A DNA stretch of 64,000 nucleotides from Octopus sinensis. Taxonomy: Eukaryota. Position 1 is the stretch's first letter, and the number at the start of each line of letters is the position of its first letter. The notes below the pieces were generated by a model. The model did not search any database and was not told the origin of the DNA. It was given only the letters and a program-made list of their open reading frames with translations. This document shows positions 1 to 13,620 of this stretch, one piece after another. The DNA is taken from positions 138,942,001-139,006,000 of the forward strand of contig NC_042998.1 in NCBI RefSeq assembly GCF_006345805.1. The letters are read 5' to 3'. A program made the translations under genes and the position numbers.

Positions 1-585
1 TTGGAGTTCTTACGTGTTCGGGATTTACGTAAACGGTTTCCTGCCTCATACATAGGCGCAGCCTCAGCAATATTCAGTGTACTATTGTTGGTATAAGAGT
101 AGTCATATAACAGGATATACAACAACAATACACCAGGATGTATTGTATTCATTGTCTACTAAGTTACTATAAATATCTCATAATTGGAGAGATCGGTTTC
201 TTTTCGGCTTATAGCTTATGCTTATGTACTTTCCCTTTAATTGTGTTTATGCATAGACCATTACAATATCCCCTTCCAGTGAAGCAGTGGGAAGATTAAT
301 CACCTTTTGATGTATCATATTGGTTATGACTACTACAGCAGAAAGTACACACGCGCGCACGCACAATCGTTCGAAGTTAATGGTACATTCGGTAACTATA
401 CAGGGTTTCTGCCCACGTATTGGCTTTCGAGTGTGAAAATCATCTTCTTACCATCTAGAGGATGACACCTACTGCAAAATTCTGAGTAGCGAATCATTAG
501 TGAATGAATAAATAAACCCTACAGTAGGCATTGACTTCCTTTTTTCCAGTTTTTGATCCCAAATATGTGTATTTATATATATTAT

Positions 586-1581
586 AAATACAAAAATGGG
601 ACAAGAACGCAAAACATCCAGACAGTTAAGTGATACAAAAAAGGGACAACAAAACATCCAGACAAACGATACAAAGAAAACAAGGATGAGTCATTCGGAG
701 TCTTCTTTCCGCAGTCGAATTCCAGATTATCTTTGTAATTTCGGCTGGTTATACTCGAGATTGCTCCAATCTGGCCAGCCCCAAGAAAAACTAAGCTTAG
801 AGCATTAGATTCCTTGGAAGAAAGCAGCGAATGTATACGAAACCAAGGACAGGAAAAAAAAACAAAAAAAAACAGAGAACTGTTACACAAATACAAATGC
901 AAATAACAGGACATAACAACAGGTGTCTTTCGACTAAGAACAAATTAAATTAAGCTGGCGTGTGTAGAAGTAAAGCCTTACGGCAGGGACATAATATTTG
1001 ACAGGCACAGGGAGGAATGTAGATATTGCACGGATGGTAGTCGAACCAAGAAAGGTCGGGCTTGGTTGAACACCGGTCACGTGGGGAGAGAAGAGAGAGA
1101 GAGAGGTAGAGGCAGAGGGATAGAATAATTAAGGAGGGGCGAGAAAAAATGAAAGGGACAGAGTGAAGTGAAAGAGGAGGGAAAGTGAGCATGAAGAGAA
1201 GGCCAGGAAATGTGAGAGAGGGGAAACGAAAGAACGAAGAGTGGAATGAACAAGGTAAGTGTGAAAGGGCTGATAGAAAGAAGGAAATAATGAAAGAATA
1301 GAAAGAATAATAGAATCGTACAAAATTTAGATATGTATATACTTACATATAAGAGACCAAAGTGTACGTACGCCGCTATATTTTTATATATAAAAAATAC
1401 AAAAATGGGACAAGAACGCAAAACATCCAGACAAACGATACAAAGAAAACAAGGACGGGTCATTCGGAGTTTTCTTTCCTCAGTTGAGTTCCAGATTATC
1501 TTTGCAATTTCGGCTGGTTATACTCGAGATTGCTCCAATTTGGCCAGCCCCAAGGAAAAACTAGACTAAGAGCATTAGATT
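586..1581. repeat. Interspersed repeat with ~200-bp partial direct repeats (586-811 and 1395-1581) flanking a purine-rich interior
   Basis: Both copies run from AAATACAAAAATGGGACAAGAACGCAAAACATCCAGACA to AGAGCATTAGATT. Confidence 0.75.
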
Positions 1582-1618
1582 ATATACGTATTAGAATGAC
1601 AAAGGAATAATAAATTGT

Positions 1619-1804
1619 CATGAACTTCATTACTTTACAGCTGTTTCAGCTATAAGATGCAATGGTCTCATAGTTGAATGCTTGCGTATCACCCTACAGC
1701 TTTAAATATGAAGCTCTGATGAAGTTGTAGGGTGACACACAAGCATTGAACTATGAGTGTATTGTGCCTTATAGCATTCACAGCTGTAAACTAATGAAGT
1801 CATG
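1619..1804. repeat. Imperfect foldback of a hammerhead-bearing repeat terminus
   Basis: Arms pair (CATGAACTTCATTACTTTACAGCTG / CAGCTGTAAACTAATGAAGTCATG; CACCCTACA / TGTAGGGTG). One arm keeps CTGATGA, the other keeps GAAACAGCTGTA. Confidence 0.75.
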
Positions 1805-1942
1805 GACATAATTTCTTATTCTTTTCTCATTCTAATTTCTGATTATTAATCTACACTCAGCTGATACATCGTTCTGAAGCATGTGTATATTGAGCTCTAA
1901 CACGAGGTTATTAGTATCGCAATGCCTAAGCGAAATAATCAC

Positions 1943-1989
<47 letters not shown>

Positions 1990-3326
1990 AAATACAAAAT
2001 ATAAAGAGTGTATGTGTGGGACAGATATGTCTGTTATATATCTATATCATGACAATCGTTTTGCAATCATCATCACAAAAAAATAATATATTTCATTGCA
2101 TATGTTATGAGTTAAATAATACTATTTTGCAATTTATGAGATTATACGGGGAGAGAAAGCTGCATTACCTTAACAAATTCTACAATAGTACTATATAATT
2201 CATAAAATATGCACTAATATAGACATGTAAGTAATTTATACAATAAAATAAATTATTTTTCTATGATGTTGGCTGCGAAACAATTGTAACCTTAAGAATG
2301 AAATAAATATATTCATCTCCTACCTCCTGTCTTCCTTTATATTTTATATACTCCTAATGAAATAATCATTACTAATTGGATTTAATGGATTTCAACTGTA
2401 TTGGACTATACATTACACCCTTTTGTTTTAATTTACTCAGTGGTTTGTACCCTGGTTCACTAAAGGAGCTTTTTGAGGGCATCAACAGATTTGTTAAATC
2501 CATCTTTTCTCTTCCTCATATTTCCTCTTCATACGCTATGATTTTCTCCCACTCCGTATCCGTGCCCTCAATGCCCTGCTCACTGTATCGCTGTTTTCAC
2601 CTCTTTATACCCAGGTCCTCACTAGTCACTGCAATTCCCACCCGCACTCCCTACTCGCGCCTTCTTGGAAACACCAAGTCACGTTTGTTATGTCTCCGTA
2701 CCTTGCGGGCAAGCCCTGGCAATTGCCCATCATTTATCTCTCTCTTCCTTACTCTAGCATATCATCTATGCGTTGAACCCCATTCATTATAAGTATACCC
2801 TGGCACTTTACCATTATCTTTCTTCTGTTCTCTCTTGCACTCTCTCTCTCTCTTTCTCTCTCCCTTGCTCTTCCCTCTGGCTAAGTAACCATGTGTCTCC
2901 TCTACAGCAGCACACCTGTTTCTGTCCTCTTTCTTATTACAACTCTCTCCCTCCCTCTATTTCTTTCTCTCTCTCTTGGCCAAGTAACCATGTACCTCCC
3001 CTATAGCAAGACGCCTGTTTCTGCCTCTCTGTCTTTCTATCACACTCTAATCTTTAATCATCTGACACAAGATCACTTCCTCTAATGCCTCCTCTCCTCT
3101 CAAACCTTCTTGTCTTGCAAGTTACTTGGTGACCCTCCTGGTGCTAGTACCACTACAGGGTGGTTGGTGTTAGGAAGGATATCCAGGTGTAAAAACTATA
3201 TCAAAACATACACAGTAGCCTGTTACAGTCTTCTACCTGGTCGGCTCCTGTCAAACCGTCCAACCCATGCCAGCATAATATATATGTGTATATATATATA
3301 TATGTATGTATGTATGTATGTATGAA

Positions 3327-4220
3327 CTTTGTTCTTTCGTTGTTTGAAAAATAGTTCGTTTCCATGTTTTTGTTTTTGTTTTCGGTTCCTCATTGTGTTC
3401 AACGCTTTTTTGATGTCCTGTACCCATATATGCATGTATATATACATATATATGTAGGTATGTACATATATGATTGAATATATACATATATTTATATATT
3501 ATTTATATTATTATATGATTGAATGCCACGCATCCTTTTCCAAGTAAGTTTTTATCTTAATAATTATGATGCGCACTCTTCTACCTATCTCTCTCCCTCT
3601 CTTGTTCTTCATCCTTTCTGGTTTTCTCTCCCATCCTTCCCTATTCTTCTCCTCTCCCCTTCACTGTTCACTCTCTGTTACTCCTCCTCTTCCTCCTCGA
3701 CTGTCTCATCACTGACACGTGACCAGGGAGAAGTCATCTTTCTGACTGCTATCTTCACCAAGATAAGACTTGCTTATCCCGTCTCTCTCAAGCTTTCAAA
3801 ATAATTTTTCCATCGTCTTGGCTTAATAGCCCTCATCGTTTGTTTTTACTGTTATTCTTCTTGTCCTGTCTTTTACTGTTTTTACTTTTATTGTTTTTAC
3901 TGTCTTGTTTTGTTCTTATTGTCCTGTTCTTGTTACCACTTTTACCCCTTCGCAAAAAATCCCAAATTTTATTTAATTTGCTTTGCGGGAAGGACTGTTT
4001 CATCGAAATCGCGTCTTGTCCTTACCTTCGAAACGCGAAGTAGACGAAAGAGAGACAACTGAAGAGGGGGAATATTCCTTGTGTTGTATGTCTTGTACTC
4101 TGTTCTTTCGTTGTTTGAAAAATAGTTTGTTTCCATGTTTTTGTTTTTATGTTTGCGTTCCTCATTGTGTTCAACGTTTTTTTATGTCCTGTACCCATAT
4201 ATGCATGTATATATACATAT
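3327..4220. repeat. Microsatellite-flanked repeat with ~120-bp terminal direct repeats (3327-3450 and 4100-4220)
   Basis: Both copies run from TGTTCTTTCGTTGTTTGAAAAATAGTT to TGTCCTGTACCCATATATGCATGTATATATAC. Confidence 0.7.
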
Positions 4221-4260
4221 AGATGTAGGTATATATATATGCATATATTTATATATTATT

Positions 4261-4336
<76 letters not shown>

Positions 4337-4415
4337 TTTCTCTTCTTAAAAAGGATCATAAACTATGTATTGTTTCATCGTATAAAAGGGGGTTAATACG
4401 ATTTTGTAATTAATG

Positions 4416-4898
4416 ACTGGAATAATCACAGAGTCAGTGTACGGGCATCTGGAAAAAAATGAAGTCCTGCCACATGAGCAGAAGGGTTGCAAATGTAAGT
4501 GCAGAGGTGCCAAGGATCAACTCCTGGTAGACAAAACTACACTTAGAGACTGCAAGAGGAGGAAAACTAATTTAGCCATGTGATGGATCGATTATCGTAA
4601 GGCATGCGATATAATCCCACATTCTGAATTATGGAATGTATGAATATATTTGGTATTGCATCGAATATTGAGCGATTGTTTGGAAAAAGTATGGCGAAGT
4701 GGAGGACGGAACTGATAGCATATGGAAGAAGTCTAAGGACAATAGAAATCAGGAGAGGTATCTTCCAAGGGGACTGCCTGTCCCCACTGATCTTTGTACT
4801 GTGCATGATAAGGCCTAGTATATTTTACCCTAGTGTCACTTTGATGGCATACACTGATCTCTCACTCAATAATAATGATGATGATGATGATGATGATG

Positions 4899-4929
<31 letters not shown>

Positions 4930-6000
4930 CCTAAGCTTAAAAAAAACAGCTAAGGGGTGGGTATATAAAAAACAGTTTAGGGTGGTATATAAAAAGAACA
5001 GCTTAGGGTGGTATATAAAAAATGCCGTGGAGCCATTGTTGAAACATACGAAGAAAGCCAGAATCATTAAAACCGAGAATTGTGTAATGAAAGAAAAATT
5101 TAAAGAAGAAATGAACACAAAAAAAGAAACAGTATGGAAGAGAAAAAATGTACGGTCAGTTCGCAAGAGATGTGAACGCCAAGACAGATACAGAGGACCG
5201 GTGGCTATGGATGAGAAGAAGTGACTTGAAGATAGAGACAGAAGCACTCATATGCGCAGCTCATGAACAAGCATTAAGGACCAACTATGTGAAGTGCAGA
5301 ATAGACAACACTACTGACAGCGACAGAAGCAGAATATGTAGTGAGAGGAGTGAAACGGTATGGCACATCGTTAGCGAATGCCCGAAATTGGCACAACAAG
5401 AATAGAAAAGACGCCATGACAATGTGACAAGAATGATCCATTGGGAGCTCTGTTGACATCACGACCTACAAAGAGCAGAGACGTGGTATGAGCAAACCGT
5501 AGGAGTTACTGAGAATGAGAATTGCAAAATCCTGTGGGATGTAATGATCCAGTGCGATCACCTGATCAGATATCGGAAACCGGACATTGTTGTGGTGAAT
5601 AAAAAAGAAAGAATGTACATGATAATCAACATAGCATGACCCGGTGACAACAGGATCGATGAGAAAGAAGAAAAAAATAAACAACTATGATGATTTGAAG
5701 TGGGAAATACGGAGGTTGTGGTCAATGAGGAGAGTAGATGTGATACCAATAGTAACTGGCGCACTTAGAAATATCAGCACTCAACTACCAACATGGCTGA
5801 AAAAGATTGGTGCAAGTGTGAAGGTAGAACACCTACAAAAATCAGCATTCCTTGAAACTACAAAAATTCTTTGTAGGGTTCTTGAAGTACGCCCAGTAAA
5901 CAAGTGTTACCTTAGTCTCCTGGCTGTGGACAGTTGACACTTTCCATCATACACAGCAAAATAAACTGTGAGTTTTCCCCACATAATAATAATAATAATA
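4416..6000 (+). mobile_element. R4/Dong-like non-LTR retrotransposon relic (RT fragment, CCHC finger, restriction-like endonuclease), internally deleted, ending in (AAT)n
   Basis: [71 protein letters not shown] and VIPIVTGAL motifs, with stops and frameshifts. Confidence 0.88.
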
Positions 6001-6004
6001 ACAA

Positions 6005-9000
6005 TTTATTTTATTTGCCACGAGGGCAAAGGATGAGGGGATAAACATAAAGTGTGTGAGGGTTACATATAATGGAATGGTAAAGTAAAAATTATACACG
6101 ATACACATTAGAAGGGAAATATACATAGTATATGACTGGAAAAAGAGGAGAAAAAAGGTTGTGATGGGAACCCCCTGATTCAGGAGGACTTCTAGAGATA
6201 ATCAAGGAACCCTACCATCCAAGATCACCCTGAGTACCAAGGACGAGAGCCCACACCAACTTCTTTCTTCCGACTCACAGGTCTACACTGAGAGTGGTAC
6301 CATCCACTCTTGCCATTTTTGCAACTTTCACCCACCTTTTCATAAATTCACTCAAGGACAGCACCTCCCTCTCTACCCTCACTTTCCTTTTCAAGCAAAA
6401 CTTGAAAAAGTCAATGAGGGCTTTACCAAAAAGGAAAGTTTCTGTCCACATTCCATTCAGCCTCGTTAACCAGATAACCTCTTTCGCCACAGCCACCAAA
6501 CAAAGGAAAACTGCCTTGCCAGCCCAATTAAAGAAGGGCGGCGAGGCAATCATTATAGACTCGAACAACAGACAGGCCATAACTCCACAAGTCAGCAATG
6601 CCCGGACACTGAACGAGTGCATGCAGAACGGTTTCGCTGCTCTGCGAGCACCTCGGACAATCCCATATGACAGCACATCCATGTCTGTAGAGTGTATCGC
6701 AGATCCCGAGCAGTTTCACTGGTCTACCAGTCCAGCGTCCAATGGCATCGATCTGCCTCTCCAGGTGCCCAATCCCAATCCCACCGACTTGTCGGCATTG
6801 ATTTTAGCCCCTGCAACCGACTCATATTCTGTTTAGCAATAGAAAGAAATTAGAAGGAGAACTAGTTAGCAAACTAGAAGAGGCTATTAGTAAAGGCATC
6901 GAAACCGACGTGTTGGCGGCAAGAATGCCCCTTGACCATTTCTTTGAGACAAAACACGAAGGGTGCATTGTCAGAGCAAAGTCTCATGCGCTAAAACGTG
7001 AAGGAACTTAATCCGTCCGATGGGCCTGAACGGTAGAGACGACGTGGAAACAAAACCACGATCAAGTCTTTGACAGATCAGGATGGACGTGTGCTACTCG
7101 GTTCTGAGTAGATGCGTGCGGCTTTCCAGCAGCACTTTGCGCGGCTGTTTGGGGAAGGTTCTCTGACCTAACAAATACTCTATCAAAATACGATCTTGAT
7201 GACCCGCTGTGGTTACTCCATGTCCACACTGGCACATCAGGGAAATCCAGTCAGTACCTCTCAGAAAGCTGGAAAGTCTTGAGCAAGTTTTCGAGGCTTT
7301 TACACCCCCTTCTACTATGTACTAAACCTACACAGTCCTTCCGTGCGTCCAAAATACTATTCCAGTCCCCCACTAGCACTAAAGTGCAAGACGTACCCAA
7401 GAATGCTTCTAGACTCGTAGTCTTTGAAAATAGATACTAGAGCGTGTTTTCCAGAGACCCTTGTTTCACTAATGGCAGCCACGTCCAATGAAGCCAATCG
7501 TCTCCACTTCGGAGGCGTCCGACATCATGACGGTGACGTCGTCCGTGTATGCAGACATTGCCACCCCACCAGTCCAATTTCGAAAGGGAGGCCTCTTAAC
7601 TGTTCGCAGAAGCAGCTCGAGGGTCAGCACATTCAGAAGAGGTGGCAGCGGACAGCCCTGACGGACCGAACGTGAAATACTAAACGGTTCCAATAGGTGA
7701 CCACTTATTTTGACCACGAGCAAGTGCCGCTATGCATTGCAGCAATCCAGCCTCTGAAAACTAGTCCGAAACCGGCCACTTTAAGGACAGCTTCCAAGTA
7801 GCGATGGTCTACCCTACCGAAAGCTTTCGACTTGCCTAAATTGATCAAGGCCCCACCGAAGCCAGCTTTAGTCCCAGCCCTCTCTACGATGTATCACATA
7901 AGGTGGAGATTGCCGTGGATACACCTGATCGGGATTGCGTACGTTTGTACCTCCCTGACCAGACTACCAACAACAAGCGCCAACCTTTTCGCTAACACCT
8001 TGGCCAAAATCTTAAACTCTGTGCCGAAAATTACCTAACACGTCCCCATTGTCAGCGTCCTTTCTCAGCAGTGTTACTACATCCCGGCTGACAGCATTAG
8101 GAATTCTCCCGTTCTGCTGCTAGTTACTGTAGACATCTGCCAAGAGGCTGACAATACACCTTTCATGTTTCGCCTCAAAGAAATGGTCAAGGGCCATTCT
8201 TGCCGCTAACACGTCAGTCATGATGCCTTTAGTAATAGGCTCTTCTAGTTTGCTAATTAGTTCTCCATCAAATATATGGCTATGATGGCTATGATGCTCC
8301 CCCACTACTTCTGCTCGTGATCAGAGATGCACATATCGTCAGCCACTAAGGGACATGCTCAACTGGTTAAGGTCAAACAACTGAAAAGCAAATCTGTGGT
8401 ATTGAGCAGAATATCTCCATCAAATATAACTAGTTTGCTAATCCGGTCTCTGTAGTCTTTGCGAGCCGATAAGAATACATTCGACTCCCAGTAACCGGGC
8501 CCTTGGCCAAGGGTCATATCTAAATCGACTGAGTATATCACAAATTTATGATCTGTGTAGCCGACCAATTTAAATTGTGGACAATCTATGCTATCCCTAT
8601 CCTCCGACCAAACAAATACTCTAAATACGATCTTGATGACCTGCTGTGGTTGCTCCATGTCCACACTGGCACATCGGGGAAATCCAGTCGGTACCTCTCA
8701 GAAAGCTGGTAAGTCCTGAGCAGGTTTTTGAGGCTTTTACACCCCCTTCTACTATGTAAACCCACACAGTCCTTCCGTGCATCCAAAATAATATTCCAAT
8801 CCTCCACTAGTACTAAAGTGCGAGACGTACCTAAGAATGTTTCTAGATGGCTGAAGAAACCTGGCCTTCCAGCCCCTTTTGAGGCATAAACCGCCACTAG
8901 TCTAAAGGTGCCACCTTCACTGCCATTCACGTCCAGTACCACTAACTTACCATCCGGATCCATGAAGATAACTCGTACTTGGAGATCTAAGGATTCCCGG

Positions 9001-10100
9001 AGTAGCACTGCTACATCTCCACCCGCTCCCGATAGACCACAAGTCTTCGAAAATGGATGCTAGAGCGTGTTTTCCGGAGATCTTTATTTCATCAATGGCA
9101 GCCATGTCCAAATCAAGTGACCTGAGATCATTGAGCAAGTGACCTTGCTTCATGGCCGATCTCAGGTCACACATATTCACATATCCCATTTTCAGCAGAG
9201 CCATGCTAGTCGGAGAAAGAAGATGGGAAGGTTACTCACCTTGGTCTTCGAGAAGTTCCGGGCTTCTGTAAGGGCGAAAATTTTTTAAAAGGCCCTTCCA
9301 ACAGCCTTTTATCAATCGATTTTTTTTAAATCCCCACAGTGGGAAATTTTCTGTCATAGTCTTATAAACGCCATCCTCACACCCCCGCCAAGGATTTTGA
9401 GGATGAAATCCTCAAAATTCCTTTCCCTCTATCTTTATTTTGTTTTAATTTTGACTTACAAAATCCATCAATTCAATGTTACACTTGTTCATAACAGTGA
9501 AATTGATGGATACATTTTGTCTACAGTCTAATGAATATTTTTGAAGTCCTGTAGTTGGTTGTTTCTGTGTTTCTATGATTCCATGCTGTTGTTGATGATG
9601 TTGCTGTTTTTGAAGTTGTTGATCTTATTCTTGTTGTTTTTGTTGGAGTGGTTGTGAATTGTGTTGCAATTGTGGTTTCAGAATAAGTTTTTGTTGATTT
9701 CTTGGAGTAGGGTTTGTACTCTCCTCTTCTTTTGCATCTCCTCTTTTGTCACTGTGATCCTTTGATCGTTCAGTTCTTCTTTCTCCATGTTATTGCAGTT
9801 GATGTTGTTATGGTAGGAAGAGCATTCAGGAGAAACTTGCTTTTTCGTGGCAACCGGAGGTAGAACTCCTCCTTTATCTTGGTTTGGAAGTGGGTGTGAG
9901 CGTGGGTGTGGGAGATGTAGGAGTCTTGTGCACTATGATTTGGCACCTGTTGGCTGTAGAGGAAACCTTTAAGTGTTCTACAGATCCACATTTATGGCAT
10001 TTTGGCTTTCTACCCTCCACGAACACTGACAGGTGAGTGCCATCCGGGAGATCGATTAGATCGGGCAGCTGGTCGATATGGTCCTGCATGTATTGCAAGG
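6005..10100 (-). mobile_element. L1/Tx1-clade LINE relic (ORF1 zinc knuckle, APE endonuclease, RT, C-terminal finger), rearranged
   Basis: CHKCGSVEHLK gag-like knuckle (~9960-10000). APE motifs FRLVAVYA, LVLVEDWNIIL and WTWSN...SRSYLE (8586-9200). RT motifs SVRQGCPL and AYTDDV (7469-7723). CPRC..ETVLHALVQCP and W..LTRLNGM (6275-6720). Confidence 0.88.
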
Positions 10101-10499
10101 TCAGTTCTATACCTATACCTAACCAGTTTTGCTTGGGTTGTAAATAAGATTAAAAGTTATCTCCCTTGACAACAATTCCTCGAAAAATACAAGTTTTTCT
10201 TATTTTATTTCCGTATCTAATTTAAATTTAAATGAAAATCTTATCCATTTCCTTAATTAGATTCTGATGAAATAGAATGTTCTTCATTTTTATAACATCT
10301 GCATGGTTTCTTCGCCTTAAAAAAAAGACATGATGCTGGAATAATAGGCGAATAATAAAACTTGCGAGAAACACATAAGGGTAGATAACTCAGAAAGGCG
10401 ATTTGATACTTGTCTATATCTCTGTGCGTTGGTTTTTTTTTTCTCTCCCTTTTTAATTTCGCCTCCTGTTAGAAAGCAAGCTTGCGAAGGAAAGCATCT

Positions 10500-11500
10500 A
10501 TCTTTGTTCGTTATCCTTTAAATCTTAAGAAGGTCTTGCAGATTTTTATAGTTCCTGACATCGTGATTGTTTGTAGTTGTATGAATTGAGAAGTTATGTT
10601 CTCTCTCCAAGAACCCAGTTTCAGCCATACTTTGTTCCAGACGTGTTTGTATGTATCCTATTACTTCAATAATAATAGGTACGAAACTGAAAGTATATTT
10701 TGGGTATTGGATTTGCAAATTCTTTATTAATGGTCCTTTCTACTGTATTTTTCTAACCACATTGGCAAACAGATTTTCACAACAGAACACATCTTTTCCT
10801 TGCAGTACCAGAATATCTGGCTGGTTATGTTTTTACTTGGTAGCTGTTTTAATTTTTAAATTCCACAAGCACTCTTTTGGCTCACCAGTCTTAATATAGC
10901 CAACTTCGTTAATTGATATTTTCTTCTTTGTTATCCTGTCCCAGGCTGTTCCACTGCAATATGCCTCATGAGAAGATAATTTCAGAAAGACATTCTCTCT
11001 CTGTTGGCAATAATGTAGTTGATGTCTTCAGTCTTGGTTTTACATTTGTTGTCTATATCAATATTTTCTGCCTGGTGGAGAGCTCTTGTTCTTGAATTGC
11101 ATGGAGGCAGCACTTCAAAATGGGATGTGATAAACTTGTCATTACTCCATGTCAAACTTCTGACATAATCAATTCCTTCTTTGGTTTGTGTTTTTCATGC
11201 ATTATCTTCTCAGTGAACTGGCTTTTTTTCTTTGCATTAAGAGAATTTATCAATGCTCCTTTGGGAGAGATCTGTATCTGCTTTTATTCCTTGCCTTTCT
11301 TCAAGATCATTAGCTGTTCTAATTATAGAGTAGCAAACTTCAGTGTAATAGTTACTGGACTCCTTCCTCTGCTGAAGATGCTACTTCAGCATCACAATAT
11401 GTACTACACAATATGTACTACATATGAGATCAATACAGATTTGAGATCACAGCCACCATCCTTGCATGAGAAATATAGCCTCAATACTCAACACTCACTG
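10500..11500 (-). mobile_element. RLE-type (R4/NeSL-like) LINE 3' fragment
   Basis: YPKYTFSFVPIII endonuclease tail and a decayed region similar to 37600-38470 (shared GCAGATACAGATCTCTCCCAA.GGAGCATTG). Confidence 0.65.
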
Positions 11501-12415
11501 AAACTGAACTTGCCAGATAAGACAAGGCTTGCAGAAGAAAAACCCTGTGAATGAGGAAGAGATTAGAAGTCATTCTAGATCAGGCAAAAAGAGATGCAAG
11601 GCCTGAGTTCATTCCACAGTGAAAATGTGATTTGGTAGCAAGCTGACTGCCCCTGCATATATATGTACATCTACTCTGAAAGGAACGAGCAATCGTTTGA
11701 TGATGATGAAGCTTTTGCTTTCCAGTGGACAGAAGTTTACCACTAATGTCAGCACTTATACCTCCACCAGGTCAAGTACAAATTCTATGAAGATTTTAAT
11801 ATTGTCATCACCTCATCATCGCTGTATTTACGCCTGTTTGCCCCACTCCAGCCTTCATGATCCACTACCTTTCCTGAAGCTTCTCTATCCACACTTTCAT
11901 TTCTTGGACAAGTTACCATAAGGGTATGTTGTGGTACCTTATCATCACTGTATTTACCTGTTAGAGCCCCACTTCAACCTCCTCCATCCACCCATATAAA
12001 ATATGAATCTCTTCCACAAATATTAATCTATTCCTGCTTTCCCTCAACATACTTTAACTTCTCAAAACCTTGCTTAAAGCAACCACCCTATTGCTTACGT
12101 TCCCTCTTATTTGAGGAGCACTCTGAAGAAGAACCCAATAAACACAGTAAATGGTTGGCATTAGGAAAGGACATCCAGCCATAGAAATCATGCCAAAATT
12201 GTGACACCGGTAGACCAACTATGCTGGAATCCCTGAGCCAAGATAGATGATAAGACAAGGATATAATGAATAAAATGGATGGAGATGGCTGTGGGGAGGA
12301 GGAGGAAAGTTTGAAGGAGAGGTAAGGATAAGAAGGGATAAGATATACATTAAGTAGCTCAACTGACCACAATTGTTAATCAGTTTATAGGAATGTTAAA
12401 AGACTGTTGAATCAC

Positions 12416-12465
<50 letters not shown>

Positions 12466-12619
12466 CACGCGCGTGCGTGTGTGTGCAGGTGTATATATAC
12501 TCTTTTATTCTTTTACTAGTTTCAGCTCTCAAAAACTGTGGCCATGCAGGATCACTGCTATTAGATTTGCTATACTTTTGCTATTTGAAAACCTCGTCTG
12601 AATTTGGTGAATGAGGAGG

Positions 12620-12883
12620 TTTGATGTTGCTGCCCTCATTTGCATTTCCTGCTATGAGACAGGTTCATCTGCAACACTTGACAAGAGGAGATCCACCCCA
12701 TGTACATCTCTCAAACTTTTTGGGAAGATATTGAAGTGCCATGGACCTTTGAAACCCAAACTGTAGCAATATCTGTTTCTGTATCTTGATAGCAATGTTG
12801 GGATCTTTGGCACTATGCAGTAGGGCCCGGTTCTGATGCTTGTGTAACTTTCAATACTAAAGTTTGGTACAAATCCTTCCACA

Positions 12884-12890
<7 letters not shown>
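12620..12890 (-). mobile_element. CR1/L2-like LINE 3' end fragment
   Basis: SLGFKGPWHFNIFPKSLRDVHGVDLLLSSVADEP resembles the CR1/L2-type C-terminus (GPRLFN.LP..LR...L..VPDEP). Confidence 0.55.
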
Positions 12891-12925
<35 letters not shown>

Positions 12926-13620
12926 CATTCATCACACACAAACGGATTAAGTCGATTATATCAACCCCAGTGCTTAATTGGTACTTATTTAATCGACCCC
13001 GAAAGGATGAAAGACATAGTCGACCTTGGCGGAATTTGAACTCAGAACGTAAAGACAGATGAAATACCACTAAGCATTCCACCCGGCATGCTAACGTTTC
13101 TGTCAGCTTGTCGCCTTATACACAGACATATGTTCACGTACATATGTATGTATGTAGAGGAGCATGGCTTAACGGTTAGCGTATTGTATTCATGATCGTA
13201 GGATTGCGGTTTCAATTACTGGACCAGGCAATGCTCTTGACTCAGGAAGGACTTTTAATCCTTTGATGCATCTATGTATAGACAGTTTATGGTCTCTAGG
13301 TCAATGCCTGTCATTTCAGTCTTCCCCAGTGTTACTAGAGCAAAAAAGAAATTCACTCAAAACATCGTAATCTTCCTTCTACTGATAAAATAGATTAATC
13401 AACTATACACAAGTTAAAAGAGATATCTGAAGTCAGGGGAAAGTAATGTAAAACGGCATTATTAGGAACAAAATAGTTCCATATGTTACAAATCAGTCGG
13501 TAAATCTCTGAAAGCAGCTTTTAGCGAAGTTGTAAATAAATAAATTTAAAAAAATACATATATAATTCGTTTTGGGATTTGGTTAGCAAGATTCTTTATA
13601 TGAGTTCGTGTGTTGAAGCA

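Noticed and set aside
1455-1490. Hammerhead-like CTGAGGA...CTCCGAATGACCCGTC on the minus strand (and at ~685-720)
   Set aside because: GAAT instead of GAAA, no valid stem I pair at the cleavage site, and an incomplete stem II.
2270-2295. CGAAACAATTGTA, identical to the 3' half of the 63298 hammerhead
   Set aside because: No CTGANGA or matching stem I upstream; at most a relic half.
9241-9270. 26-nt minus-strand mini-exon with good splice sites (CTTACAG|...CCAAG|GTGAGT)
   Set aside because: It lies within the Tx1/L1 relic between ORF1 and ORF2 and encodes nothing resembling DRC3.
10225-10320. Minus-strand frame RRNHADVIKMKNILFHQNLIKEMDKIFI* after a T-rich AG, considered as the DRC3 last exon
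   Set aside because: No convincing similarity to the DRC3 C-terminus (RNRKRVKEI...), and the intervening exons are absent.
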